In this document: positions 8,548 through 18,677 of the stretch, piece by piece | Numbering within the stretch: position 1 is the first letter of the stretch | Layout of the letters: the number at the start of each line of letters is the position of its first letter | IMG/VR virus record: IMGVR_UViG_3300026299_000059 | Location: 1 to 37,717 of that record | Origin: a virus | Lineage: Duplodnaviria; Caudoviricetes | Strand: one strand, 5' to 3' | DNA length: 37,717 bases | Made by a program: the position numbers and the translations under genes | The notes under the pieces: generated by a model | Database searches by the model: none | Told to the model about the DNA's origin: nothing | Seen by the model: only the letters and a program-made list of their open reading frames with translations

Positions 8548-9509
8548 TACAATTTATTTGCGATGATCACGGTTCTGCGTGCTCCGTCTGTTCCAAAACT
8601 CGTTACCACTTTTTTTATAAAATATTTTCCCTGTCGGTTTGGGTGTTCTTTATCCCTAATTTCCGCCGCCATTCCACGCGTTGCGTAAGGAATTAAAAAT
8701 GATTTTACCGAACCTTCGTAACCCGCATATTTATTTTTTTTCAATTCCGCTTCCGCTATTTCCTTCAGTTTTTTTTCATCAGAAATTATTGAGGTGTGGA
8801 AAGTTCTCAATTCGCCGTCTTTGTCTCCAGCTTCCACCTGCTTTTTTTTGTTCTGCCTGTCAATGTAGGTGTAGCGGACTTTTAATTTTTTTTCGTCTTC
8901 GGTTTTGAATTCCAAATTATTTTCCACCATGTAATTCAAATCATAAATCGCAACTTGACCGATATTGTTCATCTGCTCCAAACCGGCATAAAGTTTTCCG
9001 TCGTCATCCAAATAAACACTCAAAGCAAAATCTTCTTTTAATTTTTGCAGGACTTGAGCTCCGTTTGCGTTTTGAATAATAAATTTATCAATCGCCATTA
9101 CCGGAACTTTTTCCGATAGTAGAATTTCTGTGCCGCTTACAACCTCATTTAAAACCTCTTTCAAAGTTGTTTTACCAAAACCTTTGGTAATGTTTTTTCG
9201 TCTCAATAGCCACATCGCATCTTCGCAATGAATTTCGAGCGGTATTTTTGGCGAAACTTTGGAAACAAAGCCCACGAACTCTAATTTTTCAAACTTGCCC
9301 TCATAAGACAAAGTAATTTCCACTTTGTCACCTGCTTTTATCGCCTCCTCAATATATTTGGCTTCGCCTGTTCCACGGATTTTGAATTTTGTCGGCATCT
9401 TCAAAACTGCGGTGTCCACCAAATCTTCTGTTGACTTGGTAATTTCCACATCGTGTATTGATGTGAAAATAAAGTTGCCGATTTTGATATTGCACTTTAA
9501 AATGAACAT
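8547..9509 (-). CDS. Baseplate hub (gpD/Mu gp44-like)
   Basis: DTAVLKMP, IHCEDAMWLLR and GKYFIKKVVTSF patterns; ATG at 9509. Confidence 0.7.
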   Translation of the reverse strand: MFILKCNIKIGNFIFTSIHDVEITKSTEDLVDTAVLKMPTKFKIRGTGEAKYIEEAIKAGDKVEITLSYEGKFEKLEFVGFVSKVSPKIPLEIHCEDAMWLLRRKNITKGFGKTTLKEVLNEVVSGTEILLSEKVPVMAIDKFIIQNANGAQVLQKLKEDFALSVYLDDDGKLYAGLEQMNNIGQVAIYDLNYMVENNLEFKTEDEKKLKVRYTYIDRQNKKKQVEAGDKDGELRTFHTSIISDEKKLKEIAEAELKKNKYAGYEGSVKSFLIPYATRGMAAEIRDKEHPNRQGKYFIKKVVTSFGTDGARRTVIIANKL

Positions 9510-9511
9510 TC

Positions 9512-10057
9512 CTAACTGTTTACAAATTTTGCCTGTTCTGATAAATCCGCATAAAAATCCGTGTCCGAAACTGCGGAAATACTGTACATCTGAATTCCCT
9601 GCTGTCCCGCCATTTCTGCCCAATCAATCGATTTGAAAACCAAGTTTTTAATATCGAACAGAATAAGAAACGGATTTCCCAAAATTTCCACACTATCGTT
9701 TATTTCAAATAATCTTTGCAGTTCCTGGACCTGTTCCGTTGGGTATTCCTCCGGAGCATCGGGATTAAAACAAATTCCCTTGATGCTCAAAACATAATCT
9801 TCGGTGCAGATGTATTCTTTCACGGTTCCGCGCCTTTCTTTCCCAACTGTCGCCGTTTCTACAATTGTTTTTTGAAGCGAAAGCGAAATCAAAGGCTCAT
9901 TTGGAAAAACAAATTTTTCTCCTTTGTACGAAACCTCTAATTCCTGAAAATAGGGTTTGCCAAGCAATAAACCCGCTCCAATTTTATTAAGCGCATAAAC
10001 TTCCTTTCCTGTCTTAAAAACACTTCGTGCCGTGAGTTCCTGAATATCAAAATCCAT
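9512..10057 (-). CDS. Tail tube initiator-like protein (DUF6046-like)
   Basis: Follows tape measure; GTVKEYICTEDY motif. Confidence 0.55.
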   Translation of the reverse strand: MDFDIQELTARSVFKTGKEVYALNKIGAGLLLGKPYFQELEVSYKGEKFVFPNEPLISLSLQKTIVETATVGKERRGTVKEYICTEDYVLSIKGICFNPDAPEEYPTEQVQELQRLFEINDSVEILGNPFLILFDIKNLVFKSIDWAEMAGQQGIQMYSISAVSDTDFYADLSEQAKFVNS

Positions 10058-11820
10058 TATGTCGTCTGCATTTGGTTTACACTGTTTACGGCTCTCAACA
10101 GAAATTCCTGCATCTTTTGCTCTATTTCTGCACCGCCTTCTTTCAAGTTGGTGGTGTGAACTTCTATTTTTTCATTAAGTTTCTGAATGGTGATATTGAT
10201 TTGTGTTTGCCTACTTCCTCCGGAAACAATCGCATCCGGTTTATTATCTTTTGCAAAATTTCCGCCTTTTCCTTTTGCTCCTTTCCCTGCCGAACCTTCG
10301 CCGCCTCCTGCATTTAATAAACTGTCGAAAATGGTAGATTTTGTTGAATTTCCACCGGCTTTTTTCTCCTCGCTTTTTACAACCGTTTTCTTTGGTGTCG
10401 CTGCGGGTTTCATTCCCTCTTCCCAGCCTTTATTAAATGAAGAGAACGCCTCTTTTCCGTCCTTTAAAAGTTTATCCTTTGAACCAAATCCCAATAAATC
10501 GCTTCCCGCTTTTTTAGCTGAAGCCAAGGCCGTTTTATAGTCTCCGTTAATGAATGCAATAAAGGCTTGACCAATGGAACTAAGTCCTGAAATAACTTCC
10601 TGAAAACGGTTAATCACATAATTTTTAATCACCATACCCAAACCCTTCAGAACTTCCCAAACGCCAAGAACCGCACCCCGGAACCAACCGAATTTTTGCC
10701 AAAGCACAACGACTGTTGCAGCCAAAGCAACAACAAGTGCAATCACAATTCCTATTGGATTCATATTCATAGCGAAATTCCAAGCCCATTGTGCGGCTTC
10801 TACAAGCCAAATAATACCGTTTAAAATTCCAAGAGAAACCGACCACGCAATGGTGGATGCATTTGCTACCAACATATAAGTGCCTACAGCGAGAGCCGCG
10901 ATTCCTAAAATTTGCATGATGGTTACAAAAGTGTTCATATTTGGAAGAAAACCATAAACCCATTTTCCGAAAGGAATAATTTGCGAGGCAAAGGCAGTTC
11001 CGATATCAAAAAGCGGTTTGATCCACTCCACAAATCGAAGTCCGACAACCTTGGAAACATTGGCAAAGGTGTCCATCATTGTAGACCATTTTCCGCCCGC
11101 AGATTCCGCCATTTTTTCAGTCATCCCGTAATATCTTCCACCTTCGGAAGTTGCAATTCTGAACGCTTCCGTGACCATATCAGAAGAAATCGCACCGGCC
11201 TCCATTTTCTTTTTAAGGTCGCCCATTGAAATTCCGGTTTTCTCCGAAATAATTTGCAACGGGTTGAACCCGGAATTAATGAGCTGAAGCAAGTCCTGCC
11301 CCATTAATTTACCGGTTGCAGAAATTTGAGAATAAACCAATGAAAGACTTGACAGCTTTTCATCATTTCCCATCGCCACATCGCCAAGCATTTTCATATT
11401 TGGCAAAATCTTTTCTTCCGCAACACCAAAACCGAGCATCGTCTCTGCGCCTTGCTGTAAACCTTTGAAAGAGTACGGCGTTTTATCTGCGTATGTGGTA
11501 AGTTCGCCAAGCATTTTATTGGCTTTGTCAACACTTCCGAGCAGAACCTCAAATTTTACGTTCGCCTGTTCCGCTTGAACTCCAATGTTGAATAATCCTT
11601 GAACTCCTGCAAAAACACTTACGGCGGCAAATAAACCGCCTGCAATACCAACAAGTCCGCTCCAAGTTCTGCCCAAACCGCTACTTTTTGAGTTTAGGGT
11701 TTCAAGACTTCCTGAAGCTTGAGCCGCTCTACGATCCACCACACCCAATTCCTGCGAAACTCTTTGAATTTCGCTTGAGGCGTAGTTTTTCATTTTCAAT
11801 ATGAATTCGTAGGCGTTCAT
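10057..11820 (-). CDS. Tape measure protein
   Basis: Ala/Gly-rich helical protein with TPYSF and GKLMGQDLLQL tape-measure motifs and NPIGIVI hydrophobic repeat. Confidence 0.9.
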   Translation of the reverse strand: MNAYEFILKMKNYASSEIQRVSQELGVVDRRAAQASGSLETLNSKSSGLGRTWSGLVGIAGGLFAAVSVFAGVQGLFNIGVQAEQANVKFEVLLGSVDKANKMLGELTTYADKTPYSFKGLQQGAETMLGFGVAEEKILPNMKMLGDVAMGNDEKLSSLSLVYSQISATGKLMGQDLLQLINSGFNPLQIISEKTGISMGDLKKKMEAGAISSDMVTEAFRIATSEGGRYYGMTEKMAESAGGKWSTMMDTFANVSKVVGLRFVEWIKPLFDIGTAFASQIIPFGKWVYGFLPNMNTFVTIMQILGIAALAVGTYMLVANASTIAWSVSLGILNGIIWLVEAAQWAWNFAMNMNPIGIVIALVVALAATVVVLWQKFGWFRGAVLGVWEVLKGLGMVIKNYVINRFQEVISGLSSIGQAFIAFINGDYKTALASAKKAGSDLLGFGSKDKLLKDGKEAFSSFNKGWEEGMKPAATPKKTVVKSEEKKAGGNSTKSTIFDSLLNAGGGEGSAGKGAKGKGGNFAKDNKPDAIVSGGSRQTQINITIQKLNEKIEVHTTNLKEGGAEIEQKMQEFLLRAVNSVNQMQTT

Positions 11821-12068
11821 TTAACTTCAGATGCTTTTTTTTCCTGTTGTCGGATGTAGGTTAAATTTTGTAGTTCAATTGCCCAATCTTCATCGGTTAA
11901 TTTTTCAGGTTCCTGGATACGCAGATAATATTTTAAATAGGCATCGAAAATTCTAATATTAAGTTCTTCAGAAAGTTCGCATTTGCCTTTGTATTCTTTA
12001 GCGTTCTCAATTGTAATTTCGGTTTCAATATCCGAAGCGGAATAGAACATTTCCGCTTCGTCTATAAC
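11817..12068 (-). CDS. Tail assembly chaperone GT extension (-1 frame)
   Basis: Open -1 frame from A_AAA_AAG at 12074-12068; hairpin 12033-12060. Confidence 0.75.
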   Translation of the reverse strand, partial: VIDEAEMFYSASDIETEITIENAKEYKGKCELSEELNIRIFDAYLKYYLRIQEPEKLTDEDWAIELQNLTYIRQQEKKASEVK

Positions 12069-12610
12069 TTTTTTAACTGTGCCGTTTTTCGATTTTGCAG
12101 TTTTTCAATTGCGCCGTAAAGCGGAAATCTGATTTCCGGATTATCCTTATCATTAAAGACTTCTGAAACCGGCTCTTTTTTAATCAAATCAAAAAGAATT
12201 TCTTGGGTGACGAATGGTTTTTGTGCAGGATTGCGCTTTTCAGCCATCTTTAAATCTTCGCGGGTAATTACCCTCACCTGTACAGAATTTTCGCCGATTT
12301 TTATGGCTGCTTCACGCTCACCAATAATTTCTGCATCATCGTACTTCAATAATTTTGTGAGTTCTTTTCTTGCGGTTAAAAAATAATCGTCGTTGGTTTT
12401 GATTTCATTGTCTCCGTCCAACCAAAGCGCGCCGAGCATCGCTTCACCAAATGCCACTTCCGAATCGTCCTGTAATGCGGAAAACGCTCTTTTGAAATCT
12501 TTCATTTTTGGTTCACGCAAAAACGCGGTCTTATCTTCCACGTCGAATTGAAAGACTCCGCCGTGTTTTTCTTTCCACTCACTGATCTGTTTTTCTGTTA
12601 CTTTTTTCAT
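12062..12610 (-). CDS. Tail assembly chaperone (G)
   Basis: Between tube and tape measure; ends TTA AAA AAG TTA TAG. Confidence 0.8.
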   Translation of the reverse strand: MKKVTEKQISEWKEKHGGVFQFDVEDKTAFLREPKMKDFKRAFSALQDDSEVAFGEAMLGALWLDGDNEIKTNDDYFLTARKELTKLLKYDDAEIIGEREAAIKIGENSVQVRVITREDLKMAEKRNPAQKPFVTQEILFDLIKKEPVSEVFNDKDNPEIRFPLYGAIEKLQNRKTAQLKKL

Positions 12611-12626
12611 TTTTCAAGTTTTAAAG

Positions 12627-12655
12627 AAACGCCTGCCCGAAGCGAGCAGGCGTTT
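12627..12655 (-). terminator. Hairpin after tail tube gene
   Basis: AAACGCCTGC...GCAGGCGTTT perfect 10-bp stem. Confidence 0.55.
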
Positions 12656-12684
12656 TGCATCAATTATAAAATATGTTATGAATA

Positions 12685-13104
12685 TTACTGGTTAAGCAAT
12701 AATTTGGTGTACTTGAATGGAAGTTCTACCTTCATATACTTATCGCCTTGTTTTCCACCTTTTTTGAATTCTGAAAACTTGATGTTTTTCAAAATATCGG
12801 TTCTGCTTGGCGCAAGTGAATCATTCGCATAAGCCACGATAATATCGCCTCTTAATTTGGTGATATCACCACCCGGAGCGTCGTCTTCCATTTGGTGAAT
12901 CGTTCCAAGCCAAAGCGAAAGCTTTCCTTCATATTCATTGTTTCCATCCACAATATCGTGAGGATCGTTTCCGCGACCGTAAAGAAAATCAGTTGCCTGT
13001 TTTTTACTGTACTCGCATTCCTCGATTCCTTCGTAGACTTTTCCTTTGTAAGCGACAGAAATATCTTTCCATCCAAACTCTTTTGTATCAAATTTTTCTG
13101 CCAT
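12685..13104 (-). CDS. Tail tube protein
   Basis: 139 aa after sheath; LYGRGNDP...GNNEYEGKLSL motif. Confidence 0.75.
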   Translation of the reverse strand: MAEKFDTKEFGWKDISVAYKGKVYEGIEECEYSKKQATDFLYGRGNDPHDIVDGNNEYEGKLSLWLGTIHQMEDDAPGGDITKLRGDIIVAYANDSLAPSRTDILKNIKFSEFKKGGKQGDKYMKVELPFKYTKLLLNQ

Positions 13105-13107
13105 TTC

Positions 13108-14274
13108 TTATGATATTTCAGTGGTGAAACCAATATAAACGTCGATATTTTTAGCATAGCCAACAGGTTGCGGCGAAAGTTTTACCTGCATTAAATTAGT
13201 TGCTAAAACATTCTGCTTATCGTCAATGAACGCCTTAAAGTTGGACAATTCACCGCGTGAAGTCATCAAAGCATTCACATTGCTTTCAATATTGTTTTGC
13301 CAAGATTTGATAATTGCAGGGTGGATTGTTCCCGATTCCGTTACCGGAATTTCCTCCATCATTTCTTCAACTAATGTTGAATAGGCAATTAAAACAATCT
13401 TATCCATCACAAAACCGTTTGCAAGCGTTTTGAAATCGTCTTCCGGTTTTGTCAAAGTATTATCGTCGCTGAAAAAGAAGCCCGATTTTCCTACAAAATT
13501 TCGCAGGAAAATGTATCCTTTGTCGTGCATCACATCCCAACCGCTCAATAGCGATCCCACTACGGCACCATTGGTATAATAGGCGTTCAAACTTTCCACC
13601 GCTCCGTCTTTTACTCTTCCGATATTTCGCTGAACAGGAATGGAAGCGATGCGACCTAAAGCTAAGCCAATTGAAGCCTCTTTTGAACCGTCTGTGTTGG
13701 CGATAAGAACCGCAACTCTGTTAAAATCTGTGGTTGCATAATCTTTTAAATCCGCAATATTTCCATTGAAATCATTCCCCGAAAGGATAACTCGCACAGG
13801 ATAATATTTTTCTGCAAATTCATCCGCCAAAGCTTGAGCATTTGGAACGGCGGTGGTTAAATCTGCATCAACGCCGTTGGTTACGGTAACTGTTCCGGTT
13901 GATTTTTTAAGCATTCCAAGAACGCGAATTCTACCGCCGGAATCGTTCAATAATTTTGCGGCATAACTTTCCGCTTTGTCTGCCATATCGGTAACGGTGG
14001 TTGCGTCGGAAACCAACATCACCCAAAGTTCCGCACCGTTTCCCGCATAGTTGTAGAATGCTTTCAGATGCTTGTAGGCAAAAGGATTTGCAGCTTCGGT
14101 AATACCTGCGTTTTCCGCCTCTTCCAAAGAGAAAAGCTGTTTGCTTTCGCCGAGTGTAATTTTACCAGCAACGGTATTTCCTGTAATCACCAATCCCGGA
14201 ACTTTCTGAATGTCTGCCGTGGCAAACATCAAACCTGCGGTTGCGATGAAAAATTTAATTTTTGGTAAGCCCAT
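13108..14274 (-). CDS. Tail sheath protein (DUF2586-like)
   Basis: GRIASIPVQRNIGRVKDG and C-terminal PVGYAKNIDVYIGF motifs. Confidence 0.8.
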   Translation of the reverse strand: MGLPKIKFFIATAGLMFATADIQKVPGLVITGNTVAGKITLGESKQLFSLEEAENAGITEAANPFAYKHLKAFYNYAGNGAELWVMLVSDATTVTDMADKAESYAAKLLNDSGGRIRVLGMLKKSTGTVTVTNGVDADLTTAVPNAQALADEFAEKYYPVRVILSGNDFNGNIADLKDYATTDFNRVAVLIANTDGSKEASIGLALGRIASIPVQRNIGRVKDGAVESLNAYYTNGAVVGSLLSGWDVMHDKGYIFLRNFVGKSGFFFSDDNTLTKPEDDFKTLANGFVMDKIVLIAYSTLVEEMMEEIPVTESGTIHPAIIKSWQNNIESNVNALMTSRGELSNFKAFIDDKQNVLATNLMQVKLSPQPVGYAKNIDVYIGFTTEIS

Positions 14275-14279
14275 TATTT

Positions 14280-14777
14280 TTATAAAAATTTAGGTTTAAA
14301 TATTGTGTAAAGCATTCCTAAAACGAAAGTCAGAAAACTAATTCCGCCCGTCCACATCAGTGCTTTTTGCCACCATTTCAAAGGTTTTGCAACCTCAATT
14401 ATTTTGTCTTTAAAAACAACCTGCGGAACAGTTTCCCTCACGTATTGCGATTTCCAAGTTTTGAAGAGCTCCAACGCTTTTTGGTTGCAGTCCACCGAAA
14501 GTTTATTGTCTTTCAAATAAACCGTTGTAGTGACGTTTTTTCCTTCTTTGTAAATAATAGAATCTTTCACTATGAAAGGCTTTCCGTCTCTACACTCAAC
14601 AAAAGACTGATAAAATGCACTATCTTTTTCTACTTTGAAAATCGTGTCGTGTACTTTTTCCGTAATGGTTTTTGTGCGTTCCACAATCACGGGTTCCGCG
14701 GATTTCCTGCCTCCGCAAGAAACCGCAAAACCAATGAAAAAAAGTAATACAGATATGTACGTGAGAAACTTTTTCAT
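14280..14777 (-). CDS. Lipoprotein with C-terminal TM helix, putative unimolecular spanin
   Basis: Lipobox AVSC after hydrophobic signal; C-terminal WWQKALMWTGGISFLTFVLGMLY; directly after endolysin. Confidence 0.6.
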   Translation of the reverse strand: MKKFLTYISVLLFFIGFAVSCGGRKSAEPVIVERTKTITEKVHDTIFKVEKDSAFYQSFVECRDGKPFIVKDSIIYKEGKNVTTTVYLKDNKLSVDCNQKALELFKTWKSQYVRETVPQVVFKDKIIEVAKPLKWWQKALMWTGGISFLTFVLGMLYTIFKPKFL

Positions 14778-15184
14778 AATGCTGAATATTCCTTTTTGGC
14801 GTCGAAACTTGGACACGCTTTTTTCACATTAGGGAAATCGCGGTGACCTTGTATTTTCGCAGTTGGAAACTGTTTTTTTAATTCCTTCAGGATTTTTAGA
14901 AGCGACTGCTTTTGTGCGTCGGTTCTTGTATCCTTTGGTTTTCCTGCGGCGTCAATTCCGCCGATGTAGGAAATGTTGATGATCTGTGAATTGTAACCCG
15001 CAACGCCGTTTGAAACTTGCTCAATCGGCAAAAGATTCACAATTTCGCCGTCGGCTTTAATGATAAAATGATAGCCGGGATTCTTCCACCCAAGATTTTG
15101 CTTCCAATATTTTTGGATGCTCGAAACTGTCGCGCTCGGTTGCGTGGCGGTGCAATGCACGGCTAAGTATTTTATTGCTCTCAT
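14774..15184 (-). CDS. Endolysin, N-acetylmuramoyl-L-alanine amidase (T7 lysozyme-like)
   Basis: VHCTA, GYHF, GHRD and KACP Zn-amidase motifs. Confidence 0.9.
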   Translation of the reverse strand: MRAIKYLAVHCTATQPSATVSSIQKYWKQNLGWKNPGYHFIIKADGEIVNLLPIEQVSNGVAGYNSQIINISYIGGIDAAGKPKDTRTDAQKQSLLKILKELKKQFPTAKIQGHRDFPNVKKACPSFDAKKEYSAL

Positions 15185-15579
15185 TATTCGCCTTCGCCTT
15201 CTTTTGCCGTTTCAGTTCCTGTTCCTTCGGGCGCTTTTGCAACTTCCGCAATTTTAGCGTCAATCAATTCTTGAATTTTAACCGCTGAAAGTTTTGGATC
15301 CGGTGCAGTTCCGAATAATTCGCTGTAATCTGCAACCGCTTTTTCTTTGATGGCTTTCAATTCGTTTGGAGTTGGTTTTTTACCATCATCTTTCTTGGTT
15401 GGCTCTTTAGCTGTTTCCTCGCCTTGGGTGTAAGTTTCCACCACAGGCGAGTCGGCGTTCAAAGAATTAGCGTGTTCCTGTGCGTCGTATTTTTTAGTGA
15501 AGAGAAAGCCGTCCGAAGTTTGAAAAACTTCTTTTACTTCAGGATTCGCCTCTAAATATTTTTTTGCTTTATCAGACAT
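15184..15579 (-). CDS. Hypothetical virion-associated protein
   Basis: Follows capsid gene; acidic/Lys-rich. Confidence 0.55.
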   Translation of the reverse strand: MSDKAKKYLEANPEVKEVFQTSDGFLFTKKYDAQEHANSLNADSPVVETYTQGEETAKEPTKKDDGKKPTPNELKAIKEKAVADYSELFGTAPDPKLSAVKIQELIDAKIAEVAKAPEGTGTETAKEGEGE

Positions 15580-15662
15580 TTTGTAACTTTTTTTGGATTA
15601 AAACCTTTGTCTTTTGGGCTCCCGATTATTACCGGAAAGCCCAACCTGAGACAAAATTTATT

Positions 15663-16685
15663 TTAAAGAATTGCTCCAAAGAATTTTGGCGCGTTGCTTC
15701 GGATTTTTCCGTTAAGCGCTCTTTGTCCCATTGAGAACAAATCCGCTTGCCAACCGGAGTGACCTAAAGTTGCGTAAACTTCCACGTCACCTGTGCATCT
15801 GAAAACCTCTTCGGAACTCCAAATGATTGAAGATTTTTTATCCGTGCCGTCCACAGTTGAACCGAAAGGTTTTTTCACGCCTGCCGCAGTGTAATATGGA
15901 GTTTTTGAATAAAAGAACACTTTAAAGTCGTAGATGCTTGCACCTTTTTCAGATGAAATTTCTTTGTACAATTTCGCATCTTCTTTTCTCACTCTTGCGG
16001 CGTGTTGAGCATTCAGAATGATATTCATATTACTCATGTCCAAATCCAAATCTCTGAAAAATGCCTGCATGTCGATAATACCATCAATCACAGAATCGGT
16101 TGCGCCTAAATTCAAAATTTTGTTATTGGCATCGTTGGTTGCAGCCGCCCAAGCGTAAGCAGTTCTTGCAGCCATATTTTTTGCAAGTGCGTTTCTGTGA
16201 CGGTTCAAAACCGATGCTCTTTTGTCATAAGCCAATTCCGCTTCCAACAAGTTGTTATGCTTGGTTTGGCTTGTTGACCAAATTTGCAATAACACTTCGT
16301 GTGGAATATCATCAATCGCCTGAATCGGTAATTCGTCAGCATTCTGACTGAAATAATTCAGATGCACATCAGGATCAACGCCGGCTTCCGCTAAATGTAA
16401 AGTATTGTTATTCACGAAACCCGAAAAATCCTGCGACTGATTAATAAAGGAGGTGTCCGGTAGCGGCTGTTCTTTTAAATCCGCAATCCAAAGCTCCTTT
16501 TGTAAACCTGCTTGCAAAATTCCGTTTGAAATTGGAGCAAAATAAGTTACCGCCGAATAAGTCGCCACGATTCCGACCGTCATTGCAACCGGTGAAGCAT
16601 TCAGCATCGGAGCCGCAGCCAGGGAGAAAAGAAAGGCGAGTAAAATGTTAATGGACAAAGCCATTAGAGAAATTCTCTTTTTCAT
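15663..16685 (-). CDS. Major capsid protein with hydrophobic N-terminal extension
   Basis: Downstream of protease/scaffold; 340 aa; ELWIADLKE start of the capsid-like region. Confidence 0.7.
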   Translation of the reverse strand: MKKRISLMALSINILLAFLFSLAAAPMLNASPVAMTVGIVATYSAVTYFAPISNGILQAGLQKELWIADLKEQPLPDTSFINQSQDFSGFVNNNTLHLAEAGVDPDVHLNYFSQNADELPIQAIDDIPHEVLLQIWSTSQTKHNNLLEAELAYDKRASVLNRHRNALAKNMAARTAYAWAAATNDANNKILNLGATDSVIDGIIDMQAFFRDLDLDMSNMNIILNAQHAARVRKEDAKLYKEISSEKGASIYDFKVFFYSKTPYYTAAGVKKPFGSTVDGTDKKSSIIWSSEEVFRCTGDVEVYATLGHSGWQADLFSMGQRALNGKIRSNAPKFFGAIL

Positions 16686-16744
16686 AATTTTAGTATTGAA
16701 TGAAATTTTAATTATTGTTTAAATGTTCCTGAAATCGCTTTGAA

Positions 16745-17740
16745 TTACTTTGCGGTATATCTTACACCGGCTGCATATTCTTTAGCCAACTTTGCATATT
16801 TTTCGGGCTCTTCCTCCTGAATTCTTTTCAGTTCCAAAGCATTGTGCTTTTGCAGATAGTCGAAGCTTTCTTTTCCGTCTTCACCTTCGGTTACGGTTGC
16901 ACCTTTTGCCAATTGTACTGCGGTTGCAACGGTTTTTGTTTTTCCGGTTTTTTCCAACTCTTTTTCTTTGTCCTCAATCAATTTGGCGAGAACTACTTTT
17001 TTAGCGTCAAAATCTGACAATAGGTCAGTCACCTGTGCAGATTTTAAAGCTTCGTTTACCAAACCAAGTTTCACAGCTTTTTCCACCAAGTTTTCGGCTT
17101 CGGTTTTTTGTAGTTGAATGAATTTATCTTTCCACTCCTTAGCTTCGTTCTCGGCAGTTTCTTTTGCGAGTTTCAGCTCATTTACTGCGGCTAAAGTTGC
17201 CGCTTCGTCGCTGTCTGCACTTTTACCCAGTGCAAGTGCGATAACTTTAAATTGATTCATTATTTTAGTTGGTTTTGTGTTAATTTTTTCGAGAATTTGT
17301 TCGTTCTCATTACCTTTAGAAAGTTTCAAGGCATCGTCGTTTCCTCCAATATCCACGATAGAGATTTCAACGAGTTTGCATTTTTTTACGGTTGCATAAG
17401 TTTGTCCAGGAAGGATGTCTTCAGGAGCTGTGGAACTGTCTATTTTTTCCGCATACATGGAAGCCATTCTCAATATTCCATCTTCAACCTTTTTTGCAAT
17501 CTTTTGAGCAAACTCATTGTTTTCGTGAAATTCGATTTCAGCGACCAAGTTGTTTCCTTCTTTGGATAAGCTCACCGTTTTGCCAATAACTTCATCGCCC
17601 CGGTTTTCCGGTAAAAATCTTTCATGCATGAATAAGACAACAGGGTTTCGCATATACTGCGAATAATCTACACCATCAGTCAAAATGCGGTATCCATAAG
17701 CATTTACATTTTCGGTATTGATTACAAATTTGTGTGTCAT
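16745..17740 (-). CDS. Prohead protease/scaffold (Mu gpI-like)
   Basis: NPVVLFMH, LRMASM and LVEISIVDIGGN protease motifs plus coiled-coil C-terminus; ATG at 17740. Confidence 0.85.
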   Translation of the reverse strand: MTHKFVINTENVNAYGYRILTDGVDYSQYMRNPVVLFMHERFLPENRGDEVIGKTVSLSKEGNNLVAEIEFHENNEFAQKIAKKVEDGILRMASMYAEKIDSSTAPEDILPGQTYATVKKCKLVEISIVDIGGNDDALKLSKGNENEQILEKINTKPTKIMNQFKVIALALGKSADSDEAATLAAVNELKLAKETAENEAKEWKDKFIQLQKTEAENLVEKAVKLGLVNEALKSAQVTDLLSDFDAKKVVLAKLIEDKEKELEKTGKTKTVATAVQLAKGATVTEGEDGKESFDYLQKHNALELKRIQEEEPEKYAKLAKEYAAGVRYTAK

Positions 17741-17925
17741 GCTAATTTCCTGTTCGTTCGTGCTTAAAGTGGTTACAAAATTGGGTTTCATCGGTCACTT
17801 AAAAAATTTGGTGATTTTTCTTTGCAGTTTTTTTTGTGTTGTACACAGATTTTACCGCAATGAATAATTGCTAAATTTTATTAAAGTCTTTATTAATGGA
17901 ATTTTGCGAGAAGATTTAAGAAAAA
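17741..17925. promoter_or_regulatory. Divergent late control region
   Basis: Intergenic gap between the divergent structural operons; AATTTTG boxes upstream of both starts. Confidence 0.45.
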
Positions 17926-18210
17926 ATGCAGGATTTTATTTTCAGCGACGATCTCGAAACCAAAAATGGTGATTTTGCCATCGGTGAAAGCACCTCGCAA
18001 CACACCAAACATATTCTTATCGCCAATAAAGGCGAGTACAAACAATTCCCGGAACTCGGTGCCGGAATTGAAAATATGTTGAATTCTGAAGACGCAATGG
18101 ATTTTTTAATCGAAGCAAAAAAGAATCTTGAATATGACGGTATGGCGGTGAAAAATATCAGCTTCACCGGTGAAGGAAAATTAAACGTGGACGCAAAATA
18201 TAAAGAATAA
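17926..18210 (+). CDS. gp25/gpW-like baseplate protein
   Basis: GDFAIGES...KGEYKQFPELGAGI motif. Confidence 0.6.
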   Translation: MQDFIFSDDLETKNGDFAIGESTSQHTKHILIANKGEYKQFPELGAGIENMLNSEDAMDFLIEAKKNLEYDGMAVKNISFTGEGKLNVDAKYKE

Positions 18211-18677
18211 TGGCAAGACTTACCGCATCGGAATCCGATTATAAAAAATCGCAGGGAAAGGAACTTTTTGTGAAGGGTTTTACCATTTCCAATATTTCTG
18301 AAATCATTGGAATTGGTTTGAAAACTTTAGGAAAGTGGCGCGACGAAGGAAATTGGGAAGATGAGAAAGACCTCGCTTCTTTGAAGCCGTCGAACATTCG
18401 AAAACTTACTTTAAAAATGGCGTTGGCTGTTGAACGCGGTGAGGAACTTCCGTATAAAGCCGACGATATCTCAAAGATTGTTGCGGCGTTCGACCGAATT
18501 ACCGACAGCAAGAAAATTGCGGTTTATACGATGGAGAGTATTGATAATTTCTCATCCTATATGTTGGAACAGGCGGGAAAATCTACCGGAAAGAAAAGAG
18601 AAACTCTTTTGCAGGTATTGAAGACCATTCGACCGCATTTTGATAATTACGTTTCAGAACTTTTGCAGAATGACTAA
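18210..18677 (+). CDS. Terminase small subunit (HTH, DUF1804-like)
   Basis: HTH ISEIIGIGLKTLGKWRDEGNW; immediately upstream of terL. Confidence 0.7.
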   Translation: MARLTASESDYKKSQGKELFVKGFTISNISEIIGIGLKTLGKWRDEGNWEDEKDLASLKPSNIRKLTLKMALAVERGEELPYKADDISKIVAAFDRITDSKKIAVYTMESIDNFSSYMLEQAGKSTGKKRETLLQVLKTIRPHFDNYVSELLQND

